Shown here: positions 1 through 9,721 of the stretch, one piece after another
Numbering within the stretch: the first letter of the stretch is position 1
Layout: the number at the start of each line of letters is the position of its first letter
NCBI GenBank assembly: GCA_963695875.1
Contig: CAVOID010000011.1
Coordinates: forward strand, 253,326 to 317,325
Direction of reading: 5' to 3'
DNA length: 64,000 nucleotides
Source of the DNA: an uncultured delta proteobacterium
GTDB taxonomy: Bacteria; Desulfobacterota; Syntrophia; Syntrophales; UBA2185
Notes under the pieces: model-generated
What the model was told of the DNA's origin: nothing
What the model saw: only the letters and a program-made list of their open reading frames with translations
The model's database searches: none
Made by a program: the position numbers and the translations under genes

Positions 1-302
1 CATGCATCTTTCCCTTGTTAAGGGAAGCGTAAGGAAGACCGGTGGCCTCTGTAATATCGAGGGCATCCATATCAGCCCGGAGGCCTATGGCCGGGGACTT
101 GCCTTCTTCCCCTTTGTATGGTTGCCACGATGCCGGTGCCCGCAAGGCCCCGATGGATATCAAGACCGAAGGAGGTCAGCTTTTCGGCTATGTAGGCTGA
201 TGTCCAATATTCGGAAAAGGCTGTTTCCGGTCGGGCGTGAAGCTCATGACGCCACCGGGTCATTTCCTCGATCATTGCCCCGATCTTTTCATGAACCGCC
301 AT
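1..302 (-). CDS. M20 family amidohydrolase (hippurate hydrolase-like), N-terminal part; runs off the window; +1 frameshift near 105-115
   Basis: [16 protein letters not shown]-terminus. After a 1-nt shift the frame reads [30 protein letters not shown], typical M20D motifs. SD AGGGAGG lies 9 nt before ATG 302. Confidence 0.85.
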
Positions 303-547
303 CGTCAAGTTCCTCCCTGATTAATGAATGTTTGACACGGACCAAAAAATAAAAATGGATATAAAATTTTAAAGTGGCACACGATAAACAAATACACTAA
401 TGATGTCAAAGGGAAAGTGATAATTTTTGTACTATTTTTTACTTAGAATTTCTATACAGTTGCAGCGGTTAAGCCTGTAATAATGTTGGAAACTGTTTGG
501 ATCTGCCGTCAGTTTTCCTTGCTCAAAATATCCAACCTTAAAAATCA

Positions 548-577
548 TTGACATAATCAGCCCGGATAACTTATATT
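548..577 (+). promoter_or_regulatory. Putative sigma70 promoter for the small protein / RRM locus
   Basis: TTGACA (548-553), 18-nt spacer, TATATT (572-577). Confidence 0.45.
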
Positions 578-716
578 ATTTTTACTTTTAGAGCCGGTTT
601 TGGCCATATCCGTATGTCCCCAGAGCTTGGGAAAGGTTGCTGGGGATTTCTTTTGTACCTGATAAAAGCTGATTTCATAAGAGGCATGGGCCATTGCGGG
701 CGAAGGCAGGTGACGT

Positions 717-881
717 ATGGCAAGGCAAAGTCAAAATAAGTTTATCAAGCGGCAAAAGGAGCTTGAGCGCATGCGAAAGGCGAAGGAGAAAATGTCGAGG
801 CGACAGGGCAAGAAGGATAAGATGGTTGAGTCCGATGAACCCCTGACATCGGATCAGTCCCCGGAGACCTCAAATAATTGA
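717..881 (+). CDS. Small basic protein (54 aa), not in ORF track
   Basis: MARQSQNKFIKRQKELERMRKAKEKMSRRQGKKDKMVESDEPLTSDQSPETSNN*. SD-like AGGTGA at 708-713. Resembles the K/R/E-rich peptides seen near cold-shock/RRM genes. Confidence 0.65.
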   Translation: MARQSQNKFIKRQKELERMRKAKEKMSRRQGKKDKMVESDEPLTSDQSPETSNN

Positions 882-1182
882 ACACTGAAAATCAATTACT
901 GTTATGAGAAAGAAGGGTCGGAGTTATGACCGGCCCATATATAGAAAAAATACCGGAAAAGCCACTGATGCGATATGGTCTCATTTACTCGCTGCTGGTT
1001 CAAACTGCTTCAGGGCTCAGGATGGAATCGCGATATCTTTAAAAGATAGCGTCTATCTTCAGTTAATCTCGATTCAAATCACAAAGGTCCGGCAGTATTT
1101 TTTGATCTTCAATATAAGAAATAAATTGTACAAACTAAGAAAAAATCTGGTATAGTACCAAAAATTTAATGAAGGAGAGGTT

Positions 1183-1482
1183 ATGAACATCTACGTAGGC
1201 AATTTGTCTTACACCGTCACGGAAGAAGATTTACGTCAGGCTTTTGAGGCTTTTGGGCAGGTGGCGTCCGCGTCCATCATTAAGGACCAGCACAGCGGTC
1301 AGTCCAAGGGATTTGGGTTCATCGAGATGCCTGTGGCAGAAGAGGCTCAGGCGGCGATCAGCGGGATGAACGGCAAGGAGATCAAAGGACGGAAGATGAA
1401 TGTGAATGAGGCTAGACCCCGCTCCGATGATCGCCGGGGTGGTGGCGGCGGTAGGCGGCCCGGAGGCAGACCGCGTTATTAG
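1183..1482 (+). CDS. RNA-binding protein, single RRM domain with Gly/Arg-rich tail
   Basis: RNP2 IYVGNL, RNP1 KGFGFIEM, SD GAAGGAG. Confidence 0.95.
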   Translation: MNIYVGNLSYTVTEEDLRQAFEAFGQVASASIIKDQHSGQSKGFGFIEMPVAEEAQAAISGMNGKEIKGRKMNVNEARPRSDDRRGGGGGRRPGGRPRY

Positions 1483-1625
1483 CAGGCGGTTGTGCTTATA
1501 AAGAAGTGCTGTACCCATAAACGCAGTTAATTTTTATAGCTTGATATATGAAGATACTGAGACGGTTCTGATTCCTCAGAAGAATATAGAACCGTCTTAG
1601 TCATCACCCCAGATTACCTGATGCC

Positions 1626-2084
1626 ATGAATAAGCACCGACATTTATTTATTTTCATTTTACCGGTCATTTTTATAACCAGTCTATTTCTGATTTCCTGT
1701 ATGGAAGGAGGGCAAGTAATTTCCAAGCCCGATGAATTCACACGCGTCTATGAGGCCAGCGAGGATATAATCCTCAAGGCTTTAGCACAGGTCTTTAAAG
1801 AGAAGGGTTTTGGAAATGCATCGATAAATTACGAAAAGAAGCAGGTGGAATCCGATTATCTCATCCAGGATGATTGGAGAAGCAAAAGCCTCGCACGGGT
1901 AAAAAAGATCAACTGGAAAGAATGTGAAGTCGCCCTTTCCGTCAATACGGAAAAAAAGACCTCATCAGGCTGGGAAATGCGAAGGCTCCTCGAAAAAGAA
2001 CAGTACGACAAGTTGTTTCTTGCCATTGAGCTTCAGATTTATCAGGAACAATATAAACTCAAAGAAGACAGGAACAATCGTTAA
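1626..2084 (+). CDS. Hypothetical lipoprotein
   Basis: Hydrophobic N-terminus with lipobox LISC. Confidence 0.7.
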   Translation: MNKHRHLFIFILPVIFITSLFLISCMEGGQVISKPDEFTRVYEASEDIILKALAQVFKEKGFGNASINYEKKQVESDYLIQDDWRSKSLARVKKINWKECEVALSVNTEKKTSSGWEMRRLLEKEQYDKLFLAIELQIYQEQYKLKEDRNNR

Positions 2085-2100
2085 CTTTTCTGTATCAAAC

Positions 2101-3117
2101 TCATCTATCACCACACCGTGTTTTGAGTGCGGCAATGTCAGCCGGGGCAAGTTCGATTGAATCTGATTGGTTCAGCCGGTACATAATCGCCTCGCGGTTA
2201 TTGTTGTGGATCAGTCCCAGTGCGTGGCCGAATTCGTGAGCGAGTACCCGCACGAGTCTCCCGCCATTATCAAACTGATAGATTGTTATCGTCTGCCTGC
2301 CGTCCTTGCTGGTATAATTCCCCTCGCAGAACTCAGTACCCAGCCTGGCGCCCTCATCCCGGTAATTAACCACCTCAAAGTTATAGTTGGATGCAATCTC
2401 ATTTATAACGACCACCATGCTGTTGATTGTATCAGCCATCCTTTTCATTCCTACCTGTCGCTCTTGTAGATTTTGGTGAATGGAATTTAATTCATCCTTT
2501 TCCTCCATCAGCCGCTTGTAGCTGTGTTCGGAAACTCCGCCCCGTTGATGCCCGGATTGGATGCCGGCATTAAAGGCACTCACCCGTGCATTGTAGGCGT
2601 TAAACTCACTCGCAAGTGCCGCATTTTTTTGTTCATACTCTGATTTCAGATTCTCAAAGTGGAACTTTAAGTCGTCATAGGAACTTTTGGTATTTTCAAT
2701 TTTGTAGTTCAGATTCTTCAGCCTGTCCGATGCCTCCTGCCGATAGTCATATACGAGATTGACCTCGATAATGCCTTTGGGATCCTCCCGGAAGAAGTCA
2801 CGGGAAAAAGATTTTCCCCATATTGATGCGGCTTTTCCAACCGCCTCTGCAAATTCCTGGCGGCTCAGGCCGAACCTCTCATCTATCGTGCCTATGTGAT
2901 ATGTCAGCGGCTCCTGGCATGGGCGGGGTGTCCGGAAAAAAATTATGACGAGAATAATCAACGTGATAAGAAGGAAGAGGATCCTTAATCGAGATGTCCC
3001 TGATGTGTCCAACCTGCCTGGGTGTTTGATTGCCGGTTTCATGTACTTAAAAAGAATGTCTTTCTGATTCCCTTCCTCTGATGGGTAAGGTCGGACCAAA
3101 ATGTTTCCGCTGATCAC
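2101..3117 (-). CDS. Matrixin-like (M10A) zinc metalloprotease with N-terminal TM and coiled coil; start may be ATG 3042
   Basis: HEFGHALGLIH zinc motif and AIMY Met-turn. Confidence 0.85.
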   Translation of the reverse strand: MISGNILVRPYPSEEGNQKDILFKYMKPAIKHPGRLDTSGTSRLRILFLLITLIILVIIFFRTPRPCQEPLTYHIGTIDERFGLSRQEFAEAVGKAASIWGKSFSRDFFREDPKGIIEVNLVYDYRQEASDRLKNLNYKIENTKSSYDDLKFHFENLKSEYEQKNAALASEFNAYNARVSAFNAGIQSGHQRGGVSEHSYKRLMEEKDELNSIHQNLQERQVGMKRMADTINSMVVVINEIASNYNFEVVNYRDEGARLGTEFCEGNYTSKDGRQTITIYQFDNGGRLVRVLAHEFGHALGLIHNNNREAIMYRLNQSDSIELAPADIAALKTRCGDR

Positions 3118-3246
3118 AAATATTTTACTTATAACAAACCCGATGATAACGTCTCCGTCAAGTTTTCATTCATAATTCATCTTCCGGCAAGTCTTAAATA
3201 ATGTAACTAGATAAACATGAGATTGATACCAGGGCAGGTTTCAAAA

Positions 3247-4038
3247 TCAGGTGCGCCAATATTTTCTGTTATGCAAGCGCATTTGATCGACAATATATTC
3301 CATTTCCAGGGGAGTGACAATATTTTGATTGACGAAGAAGCTGCCGATCCGCGGTTGCAGCATTTGCTGTCTTACGAGTAAAAGGGATTGCTGATAGGAA
3401 CGGATATAGCCGCAGCGAAGGGCGCATTCACAGAATTTCTCACCGGGGCTTCTCAAAGTGAGAATGGAACGGATATCATCCTGTGAGAGCCAGTCCCATT
3501 GGACGGCAATGCTGCCGATCATTGGCCGCTGCCTTTTTTGCCACACAATAGCTTCTATCAGGCTTCTCATGGAAATGATGCGGCTGTAGTAGAGATACCG
3601 GCCAAGAAAAAGTTTGGTTTTTGGAAGATTTCCCTGCCAGAAATGTTCTTTCAAGCCGTGGGATCTGCCATGGCGGTAATCATTTCCTGGATTTCTATGA
3701 TCCTGCGTTCTTCTGGTCCTTCCGGTTGAGTCGGGTCTGGCGGCTCTCTGGAAGGCATTATTCCACAAAGAATATTTCCGGGGGCTTTCAATAAATGCGC
3801 TCAACTGCTCATAGGCGAGTGTCACCTCTTTGAAGCGTTCTTCAAGGCTTAAGGCAGGTTCGGAGAGAGCTGCGGCCCTGTCGGGGTGGGTCTCAAACGC
3901 CCGTTTACGATAGGCTGCCCTCAGCCCCGGCACTTTGAGGTATTTCAGAAAATCGGCGGAACCGGTTATATCGGTTCCGAATAAAACAGAGCAGGCGTTA
4001 AACAGGTCTGCTGGTGCGGATACCAAATTATCCTGCAT
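3247..4038 (-). CDS. J-domain (DnaJ-like) protein with C-terminal MshEN-like repeats
   Basis: AYRKRAFETHPDR ... ERFKEVTLAYEQL J domain with HPD; four ~25-aa repeats at the C-terminus. Confidence 0.85.
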   Translation of the reverse strand: MQDNLVSAPADLFNACSVLFGTDITGSADFLKYLKVPGLRAAYRKRAFETHPDRAAALSEPALSLEERFKEVTLAYEQLSAFIESPRKYSLWNNAFQRAARPDSTGRTRRTQDHRNPGNDYRHGRSHGLKEHFWQGNLPKTKLFLGRYLYYSRIISMRSLIEAIVWQKRQRPMIGSIAVQWDWLSQDDIRSILTLRSPGEKFCECALRCGYIRSYQQSLLLVRQQMLQPRIGSFFVNQNIVTPLEMEYIVDQMRLHNRKYWRT

Positions 4039-4187
4039 TTTTTCTCCTTGATCGCCACCTTTTGACTCTTATTTAGAAGCAAGAAAAATGCCACTTATGC
4101 GTAGCCAGATCCGGTAATTGCAATCATATTGTATAACATTTTTACCATGAATTGAATACAAATCACAAGAAAGAAAGGTGGTGGTTC

Positions 4188-5108
4188 TTAAGATAAATAC
4201 GCCTTCCATCCTGTCAGAATTGAACCTGGCTGTAAATCCAGAGCACCCGAAGCCTCTGCCACAGGTGTGAAACCGCACTCCCGGCAATTGACCTTACCCC
4301 TGTTTTTCACGTAACATCCCTGGGTCAGCTTTCCATCCGGATCGACATTGATCAACACATCATCATGACAGCGCCAGTTGTTCCCGATCATGGCCTTCAG
4401 GCATCGCTCAGAATTGATAATAGGGTAGGACTTTTTCAGCCGGATGACGTTTTCCAATGCGCTCTTCCGTTCGTTCGGTAAAAGAGCAAGGGAGGATTCA
4501 CCCTGGTCGTACGGGTAGAATAGCTGTACGGATAATCCCTTCACGGCAGGTACATACTTCAGTTTTTCCGCCAGTTGATCAAGTTCGCGCCAGTTGAGCC
4601 GGTTCATAGTGAAATGTACCAGCACCCGGGGATGCTCGGCAGACTTCAGGTTCGACCATATCCGTTCGAAGGAGCCGCTTCGCAGGCGGTCATGAGTCCC
4701 GTTCAGTCCGTCTATGCTTACCCAGACGACATCTGCCGGGACATCCAGGGGAAACGTGCCGTTTGTAGTAACTGCCACACGAAGAAAGCGCTTCTTTGCG
4801 TAAACGACCAGATCATGAAGACCATGGTTTCCATCCCGCCAGAGAAAGGGCTCTCCTCCTTCAAATACTACAATTCTTGTACCGCGCGATTTCAGGGCGT
4901 CTAATGCGTCTACGGCGCCATCCCATGTTATGTGGGAATTGTTTTCTGCGGCTCTTCCATGAAAAGGACAGGCGCTGCAGGACAGATTACAGCGATAGGT
5001 AAGCTTGAAACTGGCAAGCAGAGGTATTTTCTGCCTGAGTATCTTCCTGCGGAAGTAGAAATCAAGCAGATCGAATGCCCAGGGGGGACGGCGAGTTCTT
5101 TTCAACAT
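4188..5108 (-). CDS. Radical SAM protein (HpnH/DUF3463-like C-terminus possible)
   Basis: CNLSCSAC CxxxCxxC motif, GGEP, TTNG, additional C-terminal Cys. Confidence 0.9.
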   Translation of the reverse strand: MLKRTRRPPWAFDLLDFYFRRKILRQKIPLLASFKLTYRCNLSCSACPFHGRAAENNSHITWDGAVDALDALKSRGTRIVVFEGGEPFLWRDGNHGLHDLVVYAKKRFLRVAVTTNGTFPLDVPADVVWVSIDGLNGTHDRLRSGSFERIWSNLKSAEHPRVLVHFTMNRLNWRELDQLAEKLKYVPAVKGLSVQLFYPYDQGESSLALLPNERKSALENVIRLKKSYPIINSERCLKAMIGNNWRCHDDVLINVDPDGKLTQGCYVKNRGKVNCRECGFTPVAEASGALDLQPGSILTGWKAYLS

Positions 5109-5125
5109 GATGTATTACAGAACAC

Positions 5126-5172
5126 GTCATTGCGAGGCGTCCCGAACGTAGTGAGGAGCAGCCACGGCAATC
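5126..5172. repeat. GTCATT-type REP-like palindrome
   Basis: gtcattgcgag...cggcaatct, same ends as the unit at 59465-59500. Confidence 0.55.
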
Positions 5173-5257
5173 TTATGGATTATCAATGTATAATTAAAAA
5201 ACTCAGTGGACTCATATGTCACAGCAGATGCTTTTTATCAAGCCCATTTCTCACCTG

Positions 5258-6394
5258 CTATATCAATGCCAGGCTGTCAGCTACGGCAAGTCCTTTGCGG
5301 CTAGGCCTCAGATAACCGTCTACGATTTCTATAAACCCGTCTTCCTCCAATTTTGTCAGGATAGCCTTTTTTTCAGACAAGTCATAAAAGGTATACTTCT
5401 TCGAAAAATCGTCCATGTGGATACCTTTTTTCGTACGAAGGCCCAAAAACAGGGCCTCCAGACACAACTGCTCCGGACTCAGCGTCTCCGAAAGATCAAC
5501 AGGCGGCTTGCCCTCTTCGGTATCTTGAATGTATCGTTCGATTGAGGCATGGTTCCACCACCGCCTGTCTTCCCGGAAGGAATGGGCGGCGGGACCGAGA
5601 CCGAGGAACGGGGTCTGGTCCCAGTATTTTTGATTATGCCTTGATGCGAGTGCCATGCTTTTTGCGAAGTTGGATACTTCATAGTGGATGTATCCGGATG
5701 ACTCCAGCATGAGGGACGTATTCAGGAAAAAATCGATCTGCATGTCCTCATCAGGAATGGCGAACTCACCTGCAGCATGGCGGCTTTTCAGAGCTGTCCC
5801 GGGATCTATGCTGAGCTGGTAACAGGACAGATGTTCGACGTCAAATGGTTTGATTGCCTCAACTGTATCCATCCAGGATTTCATGTCCTGTCCTGGTATT
5901 GCATAAACAAGGTCAATACCGATATTCCTGAATCCGGCTTCCCTGGCCGTTTCGATGGCCGATATGCCCTGCGCAACTGAATGCCTGCGTCCGAGGAATC
6001 TCAGGATATTTTCATCAAGGGACTGGACACCGATATTGAGACGGTTTACCCCTATAAGATTCAGGGACTTTAGGTAATCGAGATCGACATCCGCCGGATT
6101 GACCTCGATGGTGATTTCCGCATCCTCGGCGATTGTGAAGCATTGCCGGACCCGGGTAAACAGCTCCTCCACCTCCTTCACCGTAAGCACAGAAGGCGTT
6201 CCCCCGCCGATATAAATGGTATCAAACCGGTCGAAGGCATCCCGGTACATGTTCATTTCCCTGGACAGTGCTGTGAGGAAACCGGGCTTCTCCGCGAGAG
6301 AGGTGACGGAGAAGAAGCTGCAGTATGGGCATTTACTACGGCAGAACGGAATATGGATATATAGGCCGGGGAGGGGGTTATTTGTTTTTTTCAT
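5258..6394 (-). CDS. hemW: Radical SAM heme chaperone HemW
   Basis: YIHIPFCRSKCPYC, GGGTPS, YEVSNFA and the HemW-type HNQKYW motif. Confidence 0.9.
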   Translation of the reverse strand: MKKTNNPLPGLYIHIPFCRSKCPYCSFFSVTSLAEKPGFLTALSREMNMYRDAFDRFDTIYIGGGTPSVLTVKEVEELFTRVRQCFTIAEDAEITIEVNPADVDLDYLKSLNLIGVNRLNIGVQSLDENILRFLGRRHSVAQGISAIETAREAGFRNIGIDLVYAIPGQDMKSWMDTVEAIKPFDVEHLSCYQLSIDPGTALKSRHAAGEFAIPDEDMQIDFFLNTSLMLESSGYIHYEVSNFAKSMALASRHNQKYWDQTPFLGLGPAAHSFREDRRWWNHASIERYIQDTEEGKPPVDLSETLSPEQLCLEALFLGLRTKKGIHMDDFSKKYTFYDLSEKKAILTKLEEDGFIEIVDGYLRPSRKGLAVADSLALI

Positions 6395-6645
6395 TTTTAT
6401 TTAAGACAATACTCACTCTTTAAAGAAATTAATTATCATATGCGAATGTCCTGAGCAATACTCTATCTGTGAGTACAATCAAATGTACTTCCTGTTATCA
6501 ATAAGAAACGATTTTCCCAAAATTATCACCCTTTCATCCAGAAATCATTATCTACAGACATCTGTAGACGTGATCCCTTGGCCTGAACATTACCGTGCAA
6601 AATTAATCGTCTATCTGCTTTTTCTTATGGCCTTAAAAATTTCTC

Positions 6646-6692
6646 TTGACATCAAAAACAATCTCTGATTTAATGTGAGCAACCATTCACAT
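6646..6692 (+). promoter_or_regulatory. sigma70 promoter overlapped by a probable TetR operator
   Basis: TTGACA 6646-6651, 17 nt, TG-a-TTTAAT 6669-6674; palindrome ATGTGA-N8-TCACAT 6673-6692. Confidence 0.7.
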
Positions 6693-6699
6693 TAATGAT

Positions 6700-7290
6700 A
6701 TGACAGAAAAGAAAAGCACGCATATAAGAAAAGAAGAAATTGTCGAGGCCGCCTTTAAAGTATTAGGCAAAGGAGGGACAAAGGCACTCACTATTGCCGC
6801 TATCGCGAAAACGGCCGGGATGAGCCAAGCAAACATTTATCGGCATTTTGGCGGTAAAGACGACATCTATACTGCCCTTGTAGACTTTATCGGGATGTCC
6901 GTTATGGGAAAGGCAGCAACCATTGCAGCGGGAAGCAGGAGGCCTCTGGAGAAACTCGAGAACATCTTCTTTTCCCATATAGCACTGATAGAGGAACACC
7001 CTGGCATGCCACGTCTGATTTTTTCCGAGAACATCCGCCTTGGTAATAGAAAGCTGGGAGAGAAAATCTCCTTGCGCTTGCGAGGCTATGTGGAGACACT
7101 TGCAGGCATCATTGCCGCGGGCATTAATGAGGGAGATTTCCGTCAAGGCCTGTCCCCACGAGAGACGGCACTGACTTTTCTCGGGTTGATACAATCTACG
7201 GCGCTGCGTTGGACTATCGGCAGCGAGTCATTCGAAATCCGGGCAGAAGCAAGAAAACTATGGAGCAATTTTATGCAGCTCGTTTGCTAA
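6700..7290 (+). CDS. TetR/AcrR family transcriptional regulator
   Basis: N-terminal HTH TIAAIAKTAGMSQANIYRHF. Confidence 0.95.
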   Translation: MTEKKSTHIRKEEIVEAAFKVLGKGGTKALTIAAIAKTAGMSQANIYRHFGGKDDIYTALVDFIGMSVMGKAATIAAGSRRPLEKLENIFFSHIALIEEHPGMPRLIFSENIRLGNRKLGEKISLRLRGYVETLAGIIAAGINEGDFRQGLSPRETALTFLGLIQSTALRWTIGSESFEIRAEARKLWSNFMQLVC

Positions 7291-7306
7291 ATTTTTTTTG
7301 CTATAT

Positions 7307-7326
7307 ATGTGAATATTCATTCACAT
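7307..7326. promoter_or_regulatory. Second copy of the probable TetR operator, upstream of the VKOR gene
   Basis: ATGTGAatattcatTCACAT versus ATGTGAgcaaccatTCACAT at 6673. Confidence 0.7.
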
Positions 7327-7445
7327 TATTATATTCAGATTCAATATGAGCGAATATCGATAACCATACACCATTTTACACAACACAGAATCAGATGTGT
7401 TCGTATAACGCATAATAATTGGTTTACCAGTAAGGAGGTAGCTAA

Positions 7446-7970
7446 ATGAAAAAGGGGAAAACAATCTTTGCACCGTATCTCATGCTCGTGTTCGCGGTCA
7501 TCGGAATGGCCATCGCATCTTATGATGTAATTGGGATATATAACAATTGGTTGCTGTGGTGTCCGCCCCCCATCGATGGATGCAACACCGTGGCCTACAG
7601 TCCGGACGGGCGTATTTTCGGCGTGCCGATAGGGGTTTATGGCCTGATCTTTTATTTTATCATGATCGTATTGGCCGTACTCCTCGCGTTCTTCAGGTCC
7701 TCATACCGCTTGCGCTTGATAGGCCTTCTCTACGCTGTGACAGGTGTGCTCTTTTCAATATACTTCTTTTACCTTGATCTCGCTCTCATCCGCGCATTCT
7801 GCATTTACTGTCTGATATCAGCCATCTTGACGGTTCTTCTTCTCATATACGCAATTGCACACTTTAGAGTATGGAACGACGGTCTAAGCCGACCGCAAAT
7901 GAGGGGTAAGAGTTGCACGTCTAACTCTGCGAATGGAATAGGAATGGCATTTAGTAAAAGACAAGCATGA
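7446..7970 (+). CDS. Vitamin K epoxide reductase (VKOR) family membrane protein
   Basis: Loop cysteines WCPPPIDGCNTV, IFGVP, active-site FCIYC, four TM helices. Confidence 0.9.
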   Translation: MKKGKTIFAPYLMLVFAVIGMAIASYDVIGIYNNWLLWCPPPIDGCNTVAYSPDGRIFGVPIGVYGLIFYFIMIVLAVLLAFFRSSYRLRLIGLLYAVTGVLFSIYFFYLDLALIRAFCIYCLISAILTVLLLIYAIAHFRVWNDGLSRPQMRGKSCTSNSANGIGMAFSKRQA

Positions 7971-8246
7971 AAAAAAGCTTAAGAGGGGCGCGACAAAAAA
8001 ATCGTCACGCCCCTTAGCTCCAGCGTTAACAGATTTCCACCCGTAATCTTCAATTTTATTCATGCCGTGAGGTTGTGGAGTTGTAGGTGAAACAGATTTT
8101 TTTCGTTACACACAGAATCCCACCCTTAGTTTCAAAATAACATCACAGACTAATCTAAATATTGTATTCATTTTTTCTTGACAAATGAGAAAAAGTTATT
8201 GAACATTTAAGCGTTATCATTACTTTCCGACAAAAAGGAGTTTAAG

Positions 8247-8747
8247 ATGCTTCGTACCAGATTTATTGTCGTCTGTCTCGCGCTTCTGGGCATCATTTTC
8301 CTGTACATACCCGCGAATGCGCAGGAGACTTTGAGCGTCCAGGTTAAGGAGGGCGAGCTTCGCGCTACGCCATCTTTTCTGGGTCAAATTGTCACCCGTG
8401 TTGCTTATGGCGACCGGGTAAGTGTAATTGAAGACCGCGGTACATGGAAAAAAATTTCTGTCAGGGGCGGCAAACAGGGATGGATACACACATCGGCCCT
8501 GACGACAAAGAAGATTGCCTTAAAAGCCGGTCAGACCAATGTACAGACCGGCGCCACCCAGAATGAGCTGGCCCTTGCCGGCAAGGGGTTTAACGAACAG
8601 GTGGAATCGTCGTTCCGGAAACAAAACAAGAACCTCGATTACACCTGGATCAACAGGATGGAAACATTCAAAGTGTCTCCCGACCTGATGCGTAATTTTC
8701 TCGTTCAGGGCGACGTGACTCCGCCTTCGGAAGGAGGCAAGCCATGA
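8247..8747 (+). CDS. Secreted SH3b-domain protein
   Basis: Signal peptide (ANA-Q), LRATPS...GDRV...W...GWIH SH3b pattern. Confidence 0.85.
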   Translation: MLRTRFIVVCLALLGIIFLYIPANAQETLSVQVKEGELRATPSFLGQIVTRVAYGDRVSVIEDRGTWKKISVRGGKQGWIHTSALTTKKIALKAGQTNVQTGATQNELALAGKGFNEQVESSFRKQNKNLDYTWINRMETFKVSPDLMRNFLVQGDVTPPSEGGKP

Positions 8748-9658
8748 AAAAACACCTTTGGATAACAGGACTGATCATGTCGGCCATCCTGACTATCACG
8801 GCCTGTGCGGCTGTCGAAACGGCAACTACAATCGCCACAGCGGTGGGTCAGCAAGCAGGCGTCATAAACCAAACGCAGGGGGAAGCCATCCGCAAAAGTA
8901 CAGTGGCCGTTTCCAAGAGCCTGGAAGACTTTACGCCGGAGCAGGAATACTATATTGGCCGGGCTGTTGCGGCAGTCGTCCTGTCCAAATATCCGGCCTA
9001 TGCGAATACTCAGGTCAACCAATACATCAACACACTCGGACAGACACTCGCAGCAGCCTCGGACAAGCCGGAGATATTCGGCGGTTATCATTTCCTCGTT
9101 CTGGACTCCGATGATATCAATGCCTTTGCCACACCCGGCGGACATATTTTTGTCACGAGGGGACTTATCCGCTGCTGCCCGTCGGAAGATGCGCTGGCAG
9201 CCATTCTGGCTCATGAGATCGGCCATGTCCGGTTGCGGCATGGCATGCAGTCCATCGAAAAAGCGCGGATAACCGAGGCACTTACGGTTCTTGCCGCGGA
9301 AGGAGCTAAAAGCTTTGGCTCCCGGGAAGTCGCTCAATTGACGCAGACCTTTTCCGGTGCGATATCCGACATAGCCAATTCCATGATCAACAACGGCTAT
9401 TCCCGTACTTTTGAGTATCAGGCCGATCAGGCCTCAGTCGTCCTCGTCCAGCGAGTCGGCTACAACCCCGAGGGTCTGATCGACGTACTTAAGGTTATGG
9501 AAAAGAAACTGAAACCGGGCGGGCATGATTTTGCCAAAACCCATCCAGCGCCTCAGAATCGGATCGCAGAGATTAAGGATCACAACCGGGCTTTCACATC
9601 TGTCGCCGCTCCGCAGGTCCGGCAGGAGCGTTTCCTTAAAGCCGTCGCCCGTATATGA
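8744..9658 (+). CDS. M48 family (BepA/LoiP-like) metallopeptidase lipoprotein
   Basis: Lipobox ITAC, NAFATPGG, HEIGH, EYQAD, THP; ATGA overlap with the upstream gene. Confidence 0.9.
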   Translation: MKKHLWITGLIMSAILTITACAAVETATTIATAVGQQAGVINQTQGEAIRKSTVAVSKSLEDFTPEQEYYIGRAVAAVVLSKYPAYANTQVNQYINTLGQTLAAASDKPEIFGGYHFLVLDSDDINAFATPGGHIFVTRGLIRCCPSEDALAAILAHEIGHVRLRHGMQSIEKARITEALTVLAAEGAKSFGSREVAQLTQTFSGAISDIANSMINNGYSRTFEYQADQASVVLVQRVGYNPEGLIDVLKVMEKKLKPGGHDFAKTHPAPQNRIAEIKDHNRAFTSVAAPQVRQERFLKAVARI

Positions 9659-9721
9659 ACACAGAGGCTTGCTGAAAGTGTGTTTTTTAACACTGTCTGA
9701 AGACTTTATAAAAAGGTCACC

